This document shows, piece by piece, positions 9,346 through 20,319 of a stretch of DNA of 64,000 bases (position 1 is the stretch's first letter; each line of letters starts with the position of its first letter). The notes below the pieces were generated by a model. It had not been told where the DNA came from and ran no database searches. It saw nothing but the letters and a program-made list of their open reading frames with translations. The DNA comes from Candidatus Dormiibacterota bacterium (lineage in GTDB: Bacteria; Chloroflexota; Dormibacteria; Aeolococcales; Aeolococcaceae). The position numbers and the translations under genes are program-made. The stretch is from NCBI GenBank assembly GCA_963718525.1, contig OY970355.1:2912001-2976000 (forward strand), written 5' to 3'.

Positions 9346-9738
9346 CTATCCTGGGCGCACGACGATGGTGCCGACCATCGAGTAGTGAATCGTGCACGAG
9401 TACTGGTACACGCCGGCGAGGGTGAATTTCACCTGCCAAACGCCGCCACTCGCGAGCACCGGGTCGCCGATCGAAGCATCGCTGCTGAACACGAGGTTGT
9501 GCGTCACCGACCCGACGTTCTTCCACTCGATGATCTCGCCGACGGTCGCATCTTGCATGGCCGGATCGAAGATGTTTTGATCAGTCGCCGAGATGATCAC
9601 CGCGGCCGTGCCAAGCTCGCCGCCGGCGATGCCTATCGCGGATGAGCTCGTGGACGCAACTGGGGTGCCGCTGCCTCCGCACGCGACCACGCCCAGGACC
9701 AGCAGCGTCAGGGCAGTAAGAAGTCGGGCGCTCATCAT
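9346..9738 (-). CDS. Plastocyanin/azurin-like cupredoxin lipoprotein
   Basis: Lipobox VVAC; type-1 Cu ligands THN...YSCTIHYSMVG. Confidence 0.85.
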   Translation of the reverse strand: MMSARLLTALTLLVLGVVACGGSGTPVASTSSSAIGIAGGELGTAAVIISATDQNIFDPAMQDATVGEIIEWKNVGSVTHNLVFSSDASIGDPVLASGGVWQVKFTLAGVYQYSCTIHYSMVGTIVVRPG

Positions 9739-9885
9739 CTTCGACGTTGTCCTGGGCCTCTCAGTGCGGGCGTCGCATCCTTGGCAACGAACCTGGCCGG
9801 CGACTACCTTTCGGGATCTGTCACGACATGGCAGCCAGCCCACTGCAGCGCCTCCAGGTGTTGAAAACTGTCGCGGGAGTGCCCC

Positions 9886-10131
9886 TTACGGGCGGTCAAG
9901 TGCCCGGCCACCGGCGACCGCGAGCGGGCATCGTCCAGGCTGCATGCTCGTCACCGTGAGCGAGACGTGGTGGCCATCGGTTCCTGTCACACCGACGAGG
10001 TGTAGCCCCGCACAGGTATAGGGCGGGGCGTCGCTCACCGGACAGCGGCCGTCGACGGTCGGGCCGCTGCACTCGGCGAGCACCTCGTCGGTCGCCGGGT
10101 CCAGCATCACGAACGATCCATCAGTAGTCAT
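9886..10131 (-). CDS. Small 4-Cys protein, copy 1 (C-x8-C-x9-C-x27-C)
   Basis: Aligns without gaps across the Cys region to 24457-24705; CATGCT -10-like hexamer 6 nt upstream and DosR-like box at about -42. Confidence 0.7.
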   Translation of the reverse strand: MTTDGSFVMLDPATDEVLAECSGPTVDGRCPVSDAPPYTCAGLHLVGVTGTDGHHVSLTVTSMQPGRCPLAVAGGRALDRP

Positions 10132-10165
10132 AACGGCAGCATGGCTCCGAGTCACGTCGGCAAAC

Positions 10166-10204
10166 AGTGCCGAACGTCGCCGATTCACCGGGACCTATGA
10201 CCGC
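10166..10204. promoter_or_regulatory. Paired DosR/OsdR-like boxes
   Basis: AGTGCCGAACGTCGCC (10166-10181) and CGGGACCTATGACCGC (10189-10204), 23 bp apart. Confidence 0.6.
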
Positions 10205-10602
10205 TCGGTCGACACCGCGGCCGTGCTCAGCAACGGCGGGTCGGCAGGACAGTAGAGGCGTGAGTTCGTCACGAAGTGTTGGTGCGCCCCGGCGGCGAGT
10301 GAGAAGCCTTCGGGAAGGCCATCGCTCACGTCGAGGATGAGCTGCGTGTGCTTCCAGGCGTCGTACTGGCGGTGGTCGATGTAGAAAGGACAACCACCAA
10401 CCTCGCCCAGGAGCACGTCGTGGTCGCTCACCACGAACTCGCCGAGATGGAAACACATCGGGAGGCTGCCATCACAGCAGCCTCCCGACTGAAAGAACAT
10501 CAGCCTCCCCCGCTCGGCAACCAGCTCTGTGATCGCCTCGAGAGCGCGCGGGGTGGCGACCACACGCACGGTGGAGACCGCCGTGGCGGTGTGGTCGCTC
10601 AC
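10195..10602 (-). CDS. DUF779 domain protein
   Basis: LMFFQSGGCCDGSLPMC...GCPFYIDHRQYDAWKHTQLILDV motif; typical partner downstream of AldB-type ALDH. Confidence 0.92.
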   Translation of the reverse strand: MSDHTATAVSTVRVVATPRALEAITELVAERGRLMFFQSGGCCDGSLPMCFHLGEFVVSDHDVLLGEVGGCPFYIDHRQYDAWKHTQLILDVSDGLPEGFSLAAGAHQHFVTNSRLYCPADPPLLSTAAVSTERS

Positions 10603-10616
10603 CTTCCCTGAGCCTC

Positions 10617-12188
10617 CTAGAAGAAGCCCAGCGGCTTCGCGCTGTAACTGACCAGAAGGTTCTTCGTCTGCGAGTAGTGCTCCAGCATCATCTGGTGATT
10701 CTCGCGGCCGACGCCCGAGATCTTGTATCCGCCGAACGCCGCGCCGGCGGGGTACAGGTGGTAGCAGTTGGTCCAGACCCTGCCCGCCTTGATCGCACGA
10801 CCCATCCGATATGCCCGGCTTCCGTCACGAGTTCAGACGCCGGCGCCGAGACCGTAGAGCGTGTCGTTGGCGAGTGCGACTGCCTCGGCCTCATCCTTGA
10901 ACGTGGTCACGGCGAGGACCGGCCCAAAGATCTCCTCCTGGAACACGCGCATCTTGTTGTTGCCTTCCAGAACGGTGGGTTGAAAGTAGTAGCCGTCCGC
11001 GACGTCGGCCCCGACCGTGGCGCGATCGCCGCCGATCAGGCACTTCGCGCCCTCCTCGCGTCCGATCTTCACGTAGGACTCAATCTTCTCGAGCTGCTGC
11101 GCGGAGTTCTGGGCGCCGACCATGGTGCTCACGTCGAGCGGATTGCCCTGCTTGATCGCGCGAATGCGCGCGAGGCAACGCTCCATGAACCGGTCGTAGA
11201 TCGACTCCTGGATCAGAGCGCGCGACGGGCAGGTGCAGACCTCGCCCTTGTTGAAGGCGTACAAGACCAAGCCTTCGATTGCCTTGTCAAGAAAGTCGTC
11301 ATCGGCGGCCATCACGTCGTCGAAGAAGATGTTCGGCGACTTGCCACCCAGTTCAACAGTCGACGGGATGAGGTTCTGAGCGGCGTACTGCATGATGAGC
11401 CGGCCCGTAACCGTTTCTCCGGTGAAGCCGATCTTTGCGATGCGCGGGCTGGATGCCAGCGCCTTGCCGATCTCGCCACCGGGACCGGTCACGATGTTGA
11501 TCACGCCCGGAGGCACGATGTCCTCGATGACCTCGGCCAGCTTGAGAATCGACCAAGGTGTCGGGGATGCCGGCTTGAGCACCGAGCAGTTTCCCGCCGC
11601 CAGAGCCGGAGCGATCTTCCATGCGGCCATGAGGAGTGGGAAGTTGAATGGGATGATCTGCCCGACCACCCCGAGTGGCTCATGGAAATGATAAGCGACC
11701 GTGTCCTTGTCAATCTCCGTGCTGCGGCCCTCGAGTGAGCGCGTCGCGCCGGCGAAGTACCGGAAGTGGTCGACGGCGAGGGGCAGGTCCGCCGCGAGCG
11801 TCTCGCGCACTGGCTTTCCGTTCTCCCAACTCTCCGCCACCGACAGCATCTCGATGTTGGCCTCGATTGCGTCAGCGATCCGGTTGAGAACAGCAGCGCG
11901 CTCGGTCAGTGAAGTCGCACCCCATGCGTCCTTGGCGGCGTGTGCCGCGTCAAGCGCGAGCTCGACATCTTCCGCTGTTGATTTCGCGACCTCGCAAAAC
12001 ACCTTGCCGTTGACAGGGCTGATATCCGGCATGTACCCGCCGAAAAACGGCGGCACCCAGCGCCCGCCGATGAAGTTGTCATAGCGTGGCTTGACCTGAA
12101 CGAGACTGCCGGGCTGACCCGGCTGCGTGTACACCCCGTTCTCGATGGGTTTGGGCTCAACGAGGACAGGCTCCATGGTAAGTGTCAT
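10617..12188 (-). CDS. aldB: Aldehyde dehydrogenase (AldB/ExaC type); in-frame TGA at 10833-10835 replaces a conserved Trp
   Basis: [29 protein letters not shown]; ...GLGAGV[TGA][25 protein letters not shown] continues in frame; GGAGG RBS. Confidence 0.93.
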
Positions 12189-12256
12189 GGCCACACCTCC
12201 AGTTGACGGTTGTTGTCGTTTGTGACCCACGGTAGAGGTCCGGTCTGGAGGACAAC

Positions 12257-12272
12257 AGAGCCGAACGTCACC
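12257..12272. promoter_or_regulatory. DosR-like box upstream of aldB
   Basis: AGAGCCGAACGTCACC, centred ~42.5 bp from the start predicted by -10 TACCGT (12229-12234, minus strand). Confidence 0.6.
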
Positions 12273-12494
12273 AGTCCCGCAGGCCCATCGTCAGATGCTG
12301 ATTGCTCGGGCTTCTACAGGCGCGACGCGATCAGGAGGATTGACGAATGCGAGTCGTGGAGAATGTCCATTTCCGTTACCTCCTGGGTGCACCATGCGTC
12401 CATCACACGATGTGTTGTCGCCCGAGCGTTCGCGGCTTCAGATGCCACGCCTCGATGACGCGCGCCCCGGCGCAGGTTGTACGTCCCAGGAGCC

Positions 12495-14126
12495 TCAGAT
12501 CGCCTCGGGGATCATCTCCAACGCACCACACGGACACTCAACGACACACATGCCGCAACCCTTGCAGTAGTCAAGATCGATCGCATACCCATATGCCACC
12601 CCTGGTTCGAGCTTAACCACCGCATTGTCCGGACAGACGCCGTAGCAGTTGTCGCACGCGAAGCAGTTGCCGCACGAGAGGCACCGGCGCGCCTCGAACA
12701 GAGCGTTCGATTCATCGAGCCCGCCAATCACCTCGTCGAAGGTCGATCGGCGTCGTGCCGCGTCGAGTTGCGGACGTACGGTTGCGGGCGCATCGCTGTA
12801 ATACCAGGGATTGAGCTTCTCAAACGTGGCGAGCTCGTGCTTCGGAAGTGGCACGTACTGCGCCTCGCGAAGCCACGCATCGATGTGACGGGCAGCCCTT
12901 TTGCCGTGCCCGATCCCCACCGTGACGGTGCGTTCGGCAGGCACCATGTCGCCCCCTGCGAAGATCCCGACATGGCCGGTCATCATGTTCGCGCCGACCG
13001 TGACGACGTGATCCTCGATCTCGATGCCCGGGATGCCGTCGAGCAGCGACAGGTCGGCCTCCTGACCCACCGCCAGGACAAGGGAGTCGGCTTCGAGGTC
13101 CTCGAATTCACCGGTGGGCTGCGGGAAGCCGGAAGCGTCCAGCTCCATCTTCTCGAGCCGCAGCCTGCCACCCTCGGCCTGGGTGATGGTCGAGAGCCAC
13201 TTCATGGTCACGCCCTCGTCGAGAGCTTCCTCGACCTCGAAGTCGTGAGCCGGCATGCGCTCTCGCGTTCGCCGGTAGACGACGACCGCATCCGTCGCGC
13301 CGAGCCGCTTGGCGGTGCGCGCCGCATCCATGGCGGTGTTGCCTCCGCCGTAGACGACCACGCGCCTGCCGAGCTTCGGAGGCTGCTCGCCCTCCATGCT
13401 GCGCAGCAGGGATACCGCTTCGAGGATGTGAGTCGAGTCGCCGGCTGGAAGATAAGCGCGCTTACCGATGTGGGCGCCGATCGCCAGGAAGACGGCGTCG
13501 TAGCCTCCGTCGTGCATGGTCGCGAGGACATTGGTGACCTTGCGATTGAGCTCGAGAACGACACCCATGTCGAGGATGCGCCCCACCTCGGCGTCCAGCA
13601 CGTCGCGCGGGAGCCGGTATTTCGGGATGCCGAAGCGCATCATGCCCCCGGCAGCCGGCCCGGAGTCGATGATGGTCACCGAGTGGCCCAGGAGGGTGAG
13701 GTGGTACGCGGCGGACAGCCCCGATGGGCCGGCCCCGACCACAAGCACCCGCTTGCCGGTCGGCGCAGCGGACGCTTCGACTGTCCATCCCTGCTTGATC
13801 GCCTCATCGCCGAGGAAGCGCTCAACGGAATTGATGCCAACGGTCTGGTCCAGCTCAGCGCGATTGCAGGCTATCTCGCAGGGGTGATAGCAGACGCGAC
13901 CCATGACCGCGGGAAACGGGTTGTCCTCCATGATCTGCCGCCAAGCGGCCTCATAGTCGGGGCCCTCGGCCTGATACAGCCATTGCTGCACGTTCTCGCC
14001 GGCAGGGCATGCATTGGCGCACGGAGGCAACCGATGCACATACACCGCCCGCTCGGTGCGCCACGACCCGGTCTTGTTCGCAAGGCTGGAGCCGACGTTC
14101 AACGTGATCGCGAACGGCTTGTCCAT
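12495..14126 (-). CDS. PorD-like ferredoxin fused to a GltD/NfnB-like FAD/NAD(P)-binding oxidoreductase
   Basis: N-terminal KTGSWRTERAV; CANACP, GRVCYHPCEIAC, GAGPSG, GGGNTAMD; C-terminal CFACDNCYGVCP and YCKGCGMCVVECP. Confidence 0.9.
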   Translation of the reverse strand: MDKPFAITLNVGSSLANKTGSWRTERAVYVHRLPPCANACPAGENVQQWLYQAEGPDYEAAWRQIMEDNPFPAVMGRVCYHPCEIACNRAELDQTVGINSVERFLGDEAIKQGWTVEASAAPTGKRVLVVGAGPSGLSAAYHLTLLGHSVTIIDSGPAAGGMMRFGIPKYRLPRDVLDAEVGRILDMGVVLELNRKVTNVLATMHDGGYDAVFLAIGAHIGKRAYLPAGDSTHILEAVSLLRSMEGEQPPKLGRRVVVYGGGNTAMDAARTAKRLGATDAVVVYRRTRERMPAHDFEVEEALDEGVTMKWLSTITQAEGGRLRLEKMELDASGFPQPTGEFEDLEADSLVLAVGQEADLSLLDGIPGIEIEDHVVTVGANMMTGHVGIFAGGDMVPAERTVTVGIGHGKRAARHIDAWLREAQYVPLPKHELATFEKLNPWYYSDAPATVRPQLDAARRRSTFDEVIGGLDESNALFEARRCLSCGNCFACDNCYGVCPDNAVVKLEPGVAYGYAIDLDYCKGCGMCVVECPCGALEMIPEAI

Positions 14127-15136
14127 CAGGGCGCTCCGACAGGCTGGGCGTCGAGGAGGCCGTATCGCGCGATGTTGCGATCGGCCTGCGCCTGCAGGCG
14201 AGCGACGACATCGGGTCGTGCCGACTTCCCGAAGAGGTGCGCGTATCGCTTCTGGAGCTTCAAGTACTCCTCCACGGGAACCTGCCGGCGAATCTTCGTG
14301 ACTGCCGTGATCTCACCCTGCTCAGCCTCGAAAACGGGGAACAGTCCGCTCTGGGTTGCCAGGCGCGCGACGCGGATGGTGTCCGCGGAGTCGCACCCCC
14401 ACCCGAGCGGGCACGTGACGAGGATGTGCAGGTAGCGGGCGCCGTGCAGCGCCATGGCTCGCTCCACCTTGTACTCGATGTCGCGGAGGTCCGCGACGGT
14501 GGCGGTGGCGACGTAGGGGATCTCGTGCGCCATGGCGATCATCGGCACGTTCTTGCCCTGGCCGAAGCGATTTCCGGGTTCCGGTCCGACCGCCTCGGTG
14601 GTCGCGGTGCGAGCGGCCGGCGGGGTTGCACCGGATCGCTGCACGCCGGTATTCATGTATGCCTCGTTGTCGTAGCAGATGAAGAGGACATCATCGTTGC
14701 GCTCGAACATTCCGGACAGGCAACCGAGGCCGATGTCGACCGTTCCGCCGTCGCCGGCCTGTCCGACCACGCGAACGTCGTGGCGTCCCTTGACCCGAAG
14801 CGCCGCAGCGATTCCGGTGGCCACCGCCGGCGCGTTGCCGAAGAGCGAATGCATCCAGGGCAGCTGCCAGGAGGACTCGGGATACGGCGTGGAGAACACC
14901 TCGAGGCATCCCGTGGCGTTGGCGGCGATCAGGCGATTGTTGGTGGCGCGCATGGCAGCGTCGAGCGCGTAGCGCGCTCCCAGGGCTTCACCACAGCCCT
15001 GGCAGGCCCGGTGCCCCGAGGTCAGCGTGTTCGAACGATCAGCATCGGACTGCACCGAGCGCTGCTCCGGGTCGAGCAGTCGGTTGCCGGCGACGAAGCT
15101 GCCCACCTGGTAGAACTTGATCGGCTGCACGGGCAT
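14126..15136 (-). CDS. porB: Pyruvate:ferredoxin oxidoreductase beta subunit
   Basis: GHRACQGCG, TGCLEV, GDGG...DNEAYMNTG TPP motif. Confidence 0.93.
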   Translation of the reverse strand: MPVQPIKFYQVGSFVAGNRLLDPEQRSVQSDADRSNTLTSGHRACQGCGEALGARYALDAAMRATNNRLIAANATGCLEVFSTPYPESSWQLPWMHSLFGNAPAVATGIAAALRVKGRHDVRVVGQAGDGGTVDIGLGCLSGMFERNDDVLFICYDNEAYMNTGVQRSGATPPAARTATTEAVGPEPGNRFGQGKNVPMIAMAHEIPYVATATVADLRDIEYKVERAMALHGARYLHILVTCPLGWGCDSADTIRVARLATQSGLFPVFEAEQGEITAVTKIRRQVPVEEYLKLQKRYAHLFGKSARPDVVARLQAQADRNIARYGLLDAQPVGAP

Positions 15137-15146
15137 TTCCGCCTCC

Positions 15147-16400
15147 TCAGACCGGACCGACGGCGACCACGCCGAGGTCACGGAGGAGGTTCTCCGCGTG
15201 GGGACCCGACTTCCGCTTGGCGCCGCGGCGGGCAAGCTCGCGTTCGACCAGACCGCGGTCGAGGTCGAGGAACGTGACCTCGGGCAACTCACCGAGGACG
15301 GCACTCCGCAACAGCCGGTGCAGCGATGTGGTGGTGATCGGCCGTCCACCGAGACCGGCGATGACCGTGTGCACGGCCTGATCCATTCCTGAGAGCGCAA
15401 CCCGAACGTCGAGCGAGACGACGCCGCCGATGCCCACGGCCAGCGCCTTCTCGATCACGACAATCCGTTTGGCTCCGCGCAGGGATCGACGCACCTCCTC
15501 GCTCGGCCACGGCCGGAACGTCGTGATGCCGAGCGCACCGACGCGTTTGCCCTCAGCACGCAACATGTCGACGGTGTCCTTGATGGTGCCCAACACCGAG
15601 CCGAGCGCCACGACGACGGTCTCGGCATCCTCGGTCCGATAGGGACGGACCAGCCCTCCGGAGGCACGCCCAAAGGCATCCTCGAACGTCCGGCTGATCT
15701 CGGGAATGAGATCGAGTGCCTGCATCTGGGTCACGTGCGCGAGGTAGCGCACCTCCATGAAGGCCTCGGGTCCGACCATGGCGCCGATTGACACGGGGTC
15801 GTCAGGGTCGAGGACCTGGCGAGGCTCGAACGATGGCAGGAACGCGTCGACCTGCTCCTGGGATGGCACATCCACCTGCTCGACCGCGTGGGTGAGGATG
15901 AATCCGTCCATGCAGACCATGACCGGCACCGAGAGCTCCTCTGCGAGCCGGAACGCCAGGATGTGCATGTCGACCGCCTCCTGGTTGCTCTCGGCATAGA
16001 GCTGAATCCACCCGGAGTCACGTTGCGACATCGAGTCGGAGTGGTCGTTCCAGATGTTGATCGGTGCGCCGATCGCGCGGTTGGCGACGGTCATGACGAT
16101 GGGGAGTCCCAGCCCGGAAGCGTTGTAGATCGCCTCGACCATGAAGAGCAGGCCCTGGCTCGCGGTGGCCGTGTAGGCGCGCGCCCCCGTCGCCGAGGCG
16201 CCGATGGCGACCGACATCGCGGCAAACTCCGACTCGACGTTGATGAACTCGCACGGCGTGAGCTGTCCGCTTTTGACGAGTGTCGAGAGCGCCTCCACGA
16301 TGTGCGTCTGCGGCGAGATGGGATACGCGCAGATCACCTCGGGCCTCGACAGGGCGACGGCCTCGGCGACTGCGCGCGAACCCTCAACCTGCTTGAGCAC
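15147..16400 (-). CDS. porA: Pyruvate:ferredoxin oxidoreductase alpha subunit
   Basis: AYPISPQT, VESEFAAMS, TATASQGL, NRAIGAP. Confidence 0.93.
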   Translation of the reverse strand: MLKQVEGSRAVAEAVALSRPEVICAYPISPQTHIVEALSTLVKSGQLTPCEFINVESEFAAMSVAIGASATGARAYTATASQGLLFMVEAIYNASGLGLPIVMTVANRAIGAPINIWNDHSDSMSQRDSGWIQLYAESNQEAVDMHILAFRLAEELSVPVMVCMDGFILTHAVEQVDVPSQEQVDAFLPSFEPRQVLDPDDPVSIGAMVGPEAFMEVRYLAHVTQMQALDLIPEISRTFEDAFGRASGGLVRPYRTEDAETVVVALGSVLGTIKDTVDMLRAEGKRVGALGITTFRPWPSEEVRRSLRGAKRIVVIEKALAVGIGGVVSLDVRVALSGMDQAVHTVIAGLGGRPITTTSLHRLLRSAVLGELPEVTFLDLDRGLVERELARRGAKRKSGPHAENLLRDLGVVAVGPV

Positions 16401-16977
16401 CGGCGACCTCCGCGATCTGCCGGCGGACGAATTCGTCGGCACGTTCGGCACCTGCCACGTTGCGTTCAGCGAGCGGCTCCGAGAATCTGTCACGTATGGC
16501 CGCAATCACCGACCCGAGCGAGATCACCCCGGTGAGAGCGGCAAAGGCGCCCAGGAGCACGGCGTTTGCGATTGGTCGACCCACCGTCGCTCGAGCGATC
16601 TCCGTCGCCGGCACCGCCACCACGCGCGAGGGGCGAAACCTCGCCGCCAGAGCGCCGAGACCCAGCTCGGAGAAGCCGCGACTGGAGTTGATGAGCAGAT
16701 AGCCGTCCTCCGAGAGCCCGCTGAAGAGGTCCACCTGGCGGAGCAGCGTCGGGTCCTGGATGATCAGCGCGTCAGGGTTCGCGATCGGCTCATGCGCCCG
16801 GATCTCGTGGTCCGCGATACGACAGAACGCGACCACCGGCGCCCCCATTCGCTCCGAGCCGAAGCTCGGGAATGCCTGCGCCTGCCGGCCTTCGCGGAAG
16901 GCCGCTACGGAGAGCAACTCCGCTGCCGTGACCACGCCCTGACCGCCGCGGCCGTGGATGCGCACCTGAAAGAACAT
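16384..16977 (-). CDS. porC: Pyruvate:ferredoxin oxidoreductase gamma subunit
   Basis: VRIHGRGGQGVVTAAELL, FPSFGSERMGAPV. Confidence 0.93.
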   Translation of the reverse strand: MFFQVRIHGRGGQGVVTAAELLSVAAFREGRQAQAFPSFGSERMGAPVVAFCRIADHEIRAHEPIANPDALIIQDPTLLRQVDLFSGLSEDGYLLINSSRGFSELGLGALAARFRPSRVVAVPATEIARATVGRPIANAVLLGAFAALTGVISLGSVIAAIRDRFSEPLAERNVAGAERADEFVRRQIAEVAGAQAG

Positions 16978-16983
16978 GCGCCC

Positions 16984-17079
16984 AGCCTATCCAGCCGGCT
17001 CTCCGCGGGCCAGTGCCAAATGACCTCGGCCCGGGGTGACCGTGTGCTCTCGTCGCTCGGAGCGACGAGGCATCAGAAT
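16984..17079. promoter_or_regulatory. Divergent por/hyh promoter with two DosR-like boxes and two leaderless-type -10 elements
   Basis: Boxes AGTGCCAAATGACCTC (17012-17027) and GGTGACCGTGTGCTCT (17035-17050); TAGGCT 6 nt before porC ATG; CAGAAT 7 nt before hyhB ATG. Confidence 0.65.
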
Positions 17080-17086
17080 AGCCGCC

Positions 17087-18235
17087 ATGGCGGTGTCCGC
17101 TGGCGCAGCACGCGTGCTGGATGGCTCGGGGCTGGAGGCCCTCATCGCCCGACTGCGGGAACGCGGCTACACGGTCATCGCGCCGACCGTCCATGACGGC
17201 GCGATCGAGTACGCACCGGTCACCAGTGCATCCGAGCTGCCCCGCGGTGTCGGTGACGAGCAGGCTCCGGGCCGCTATCGTCTCCGCGACCGTGCCGACG
17301 GCGCACGGTTTGGATTTGCCACCGCGCCGTTGTCGTGGAAGCGGTACCTCTTTCCTCCGACCACGACGCTGTGGCGAGCCCGACACGACGACCGCGGAGC
17401 GCTGGTCTTCGACGAGAGCGCAGCGGCGCCTGCTCGATACGCCTTCCTCGGTGTGCGTGGCTGCGAATTGGCCGCCATCCTCGTCCAGGACCGGGTATTT
17501 GGGACCAGCTCGCATCCGGATCCCACCTACGCCGCGCGTCGACGTGAACTGTTCATCATCGCGGTGCACTGTGGCTCGCCGTCGGAGGTCTGCTTCTGTA
17601 CATCCATGGGGACCGGGCCCCGGGTGCGCGACGGTTTTGACCTGGGCATCACCGAGTTGCTCGACACGGTGGAACCGCGATACCTCATCGAAGCCGGAAG
17701 TCCTGGGGGCCAGGAGTTGCTGGACGCGCTCCCCACGCATCCCGCAAATGCTGCGGACCTCCGGGCGGCCGAATCAGTCACCGACGCGTCCGCCGCGCGC
17801 ATGGGGCGCACCATGGACACGCAAGGGCTGCCCGAGTTGCTGCAGCGCAATCTCGAGCACCCGCGCTGGGACGACGTCGCCGCACGCTGCTTGAGCTGCG
17901 GCAACTGCACGCTGGCCTGCCCGACGTGCTTCTGCAGTGACGATATCGAGGCGCAGTCGGCGGACGGCGACACGAGTGAGCGGGTGAGGGAATGGGCGTC
18001 CTGCTTCTCGCGCGACTTCTCGTACATCCACGGTGGACCGGTGCGCCAGACGGTACGAAGCCGCTACCGCCAGTGGATGACCCACAAGCTGGGTACGTGG
18101 TGGGATCAGTTCGGGACCTCGGGCTGCGTCGGCTGCGGTCGGTGCATCGCCTGGTGCCCGGTCGGCATCGACATCACCGAAGAAGCGGCGGCGATCCGAT
18201 CTACCGACGGCGCTCGAACGGCGACGGCGAGTTGA
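17087..18235 (+). CDS. hyhB: Group 3b [NiFe]-hydrogenase beta (4Fe-4S) subunit
   Basis: [50 protein letters not shown]. Confidence 0.92.
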   Translation: MAVSAGAARVLDGSGLEALIARLRERGYTVIAPTVHDGAIEYAPVTSASELPRGVGDEQAPGRYRLRDRADGARFGFATAPLSWKRYLFPPTTTLWRARHDDRGALVFDESAAAPARYAFLGVRGCELAAILVQDRVFGTSSHPDPTYAARRRELFIIAVHCGSPSEVCFCTSMGTGPRVRDGFDLGITELLDTVEPRYLIEAGSPGGQELLDALPTHPANAADLRAAESVTDASAARMGRTMDTQGLPELLQRNLEHPRWDDVAARCLSCGNCTLACPTCFCSDDIEAQSADGDTSERVREWASCFSRDFSYIHGGPVRQTVRSRYRQWMTHKLGTWWDQFGTSGCVGCGRCIAWCPVGIDITEEAAAIRSTDGARTATAS

Positions 18236-18699
18236 ACAGCATCGCCGATGAACTGACGGCACATCGCTTCTTCGCGGGGATGGACCCGGAACATCTCGAC
18301 GTGCTGACCGGATGCGGTCGAAACGTCGTCATCCCCGCGGGCACCTCGATCATCCGAGAGGGCGCTCACGCCGACGCGTTCTGGGCGCTGCGGGGCGGCA
18401 GGGTTGCTCTCGGAGTCACGGCGCCGGGGAGAGGCATGGAGACCCTCGACACGCTCCACGCCGGCGACGTCCTCGGATGGGCCTGGCTGTTCCCTCCCTA
18501 CCGGTGGCACTTCGACGGTGACGCACTCGACGATGTGCACGCGGTGGTCTTCGACGCCGTCTGCCTCCGCGGGAAGTGTGAGGACGATCCCAAGCTCGGT
18601 TTCGATCTCGCGCAGCGCGTCGCCGGGATCCTCGGCGACCGGTTGCACGCCGCCCGACTCCGCCTCCTGGATGTCTATGGCGCTCCCAGTCCACGCTGA
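18232..18699 (+). CDS. Stand-alone cyclic-nucleotide-binding (Crp-type sensor, no HTH) protein
   Basis: [19 protein letters not shown]...[18 protein letters not shown]; TTG start overlapping hyhB stop. Confidence 0.85.
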   Translation: MNSIADELTAHRFFAGMDPEHLDVLTGCGRNVVIPAGTSIIREGAHADAFWALRGGRVALGVTAPGRGMETLDTLHAGDVLGWAWLFPPYRWHFDGDALDDVHAVVFDAVCLRGKCEDDPKLGFDLAQRVAGILGDRLHAARLRLLDVYGAPSPR

Positions 18700-19528
18700 A
18701 ACCCGGACGCTCGCGCCGATGACGCCGGTGAGCCATCGCATCGTCGGACGGCGTCAGGAGACCTCAGACGCGGTGACCCTCCTGCTCGAGGCGGGCGACG
18801 GCTCTCGAATGGGTTATGCGGCGGGTCAGTTCAACATGCTCTACGCCTTCGCCGTCGGCGAGGTGGCGATCTCCATCAGCGCGAACCCGCTCGCGGACGA
18901 ACCGATCGCCCACACGGTGCGCAACGTCGGCGCAGTCTCGCGCGCACTGTGCGAGCTGCAGCCCGGCGACAGCCTCGGCGTGCGCGGTCCCTTCGGGTCC
19001 GACTGGGGGCTGGACACTGCCGCCGGGCGTGACCTGGTGATCGTCGCGGGTGGGATCGGCCTAGCACCGCTTCGATCGGTGATCACCCAGGTGCTCTCGC
19101 AGCGGGAGCGCTTCGGCCAGGTGGAGGTCGTGATCGGCACGCGCACTCCCGAGGACCTCCCTTTCAAGGAGGATGTCGACACATGGAGAGCGCGGGACGA
19201 TCTCTCTGTCCACGTCACCGTCGACCGCGCGACACCTGGCTGGCGGGGCACCGTCGGCGTGGTGACAACCGTGCTCCCGCGCGTCCACTGTGATCCGGGT
19301 GGCATCGCCATGATCTGCGGTCCCGAGGTGATGATGCGGTTCACCGCACTCGCGCTCATGGAGCGGGGCATGCCCGCCTCGGGCATCCGTGTATCCATGG
19401 AGCGGAACATGCAGTGCGCCATCGCGCAATGCGGACACTGCCAGTTGGGATCGGTGTTCGTCTGCGCCGACGGTCCGGTATTGACGTGGGAACGTGTCGA
19501 ACCCTTGCTCGCGGTGCGTCAGCGATGA
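18677..19528 (+). CDS. hyhG: Group 3b hydrogenase gamma (FAD/NAD(P), 2Fe-2S) subunit
   Basis: [35 protein letters not shown]...CADGPV. Confidence 0.92.
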   Translation: MALPVHAETRTLAPMTPVSHRIVGRRQETSDAVTLLLEAGDGSRMGYAAGQFNMLYAFAVGEVAISISANPLADEPIAHTVRNVGAVSRALCELQPGDSLGVRGPFGSDWGLDTAAGRDLVIVAGGIGLAPLRSVITQVLSQRERFGQVEVVIGTRTPEDLPFKEDVDTWRARDDLSVHVTVDRATPGWRGTVGVVTTVLPRVHCDPGGIAMICGPEVMMRFTALALMERGMPASGIRVSMERNMQCAIAQCGHCQLGSVFVCADGPVLTWERVEPLLAVRQR

Positions 19529-20319
19529 GTGCCGTCAAGAAACCGACGTTGGCGGTCTGGAAGTTCTCATCGTGCGACGGGTGCCAGCTCACCCTCCTGG
19601 ACTGCGAGGACGAGCTGCTGGCCGTGGCCGGGCAGGTCGAGATCGCCTACTTCCTCGAGGCTTCGCGCGCCGTGCTCTCCGGGCCGTACGACCTTTCGAT
19701 CGTCGAGGGTTCGATCACCACCGCCGACGATATCGAGCGCATTCGCGAGGTTCGTCGCCTCAGCGGTCACGTGGTGTCCATCGGAGCGTGCGCCACGGCC
19801 GGCGGAATTCAGGCACTTCGGAACTTCGCCGACGTGCGCCAGTTCACCTCTGTCGTGTATGCGCATCCGGAGTACATCCGTACCCTCGAGCGTTCGACGC
19901 CACCATCGGCCCATATCGATGTCGACTTCGAGCTCCACGGCTGTCCGATCGACAAGCACCAGTTGCTCGAGGTCATCACCGCATTCCTCCGCGGTCGGCG
20001 ACCGCAGATCGCATCGCATTCCGTCTGTGTCGAATGCAAGCGGCGAGGCACCGTGTGCGTGATGGTCTCGAAGGGTGTCCCCTGTCTCGGACCGGTCACC
20101 CACGCCGGCTGCGGCGCGATCTGCCCCACATACGATCGCGGTTGCTACGGCTGCTTCGGCCCCGCGGATACCACCAATGTTCCGGCGTTCGTGGCTGCCC
20201 TGGGCAGTGCGGGATTGTCAGGCTTCGAGCTGCTTCGGGTCTTTCGAACCTTCAACGCCGACGCGCCGGCGTTTCGCGAGGCAAGTATGAGTGCGGAGGC
20301 CGCGGTGACCAACCCATGA
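19525..20319 (+). CDS. hyhS: Group 3b hydrogenase small subunit
   Basis: [45 protein letters not shown]...CYGCFG. Confidence 0.93.
   Translation: MSAVKKPTLAVWKFSSCDGCQLTLLDCEDELLAVAGQVEIAYFLEASRAVLSGPYDLSIVEGSITTADDIERIREVRRLSGHVVSIGACATAGGIQALRNFADVRQFTSVVYAHPEYIRTLERSTPPSAHIDVDFELHGCPIDKHQLLEVITAFLRGRRPQIASHSVCVECKRRGTVCVMVSKGVPCLGPVTHAGCGAICPTYDRGCYGCFGPADTTNVPAFVAALGSAGLSGFELLRVFRTFNADAPAFREASMSAEAAVTNP

Noticed and set aside
12477-14435. Long antisense or alternate-frame ORFs (also 19494-20315, 45433-46983, 61235-62818)
   Set aside because: Shadow ORFs of high-GC genes that are identified on the other strand or frame
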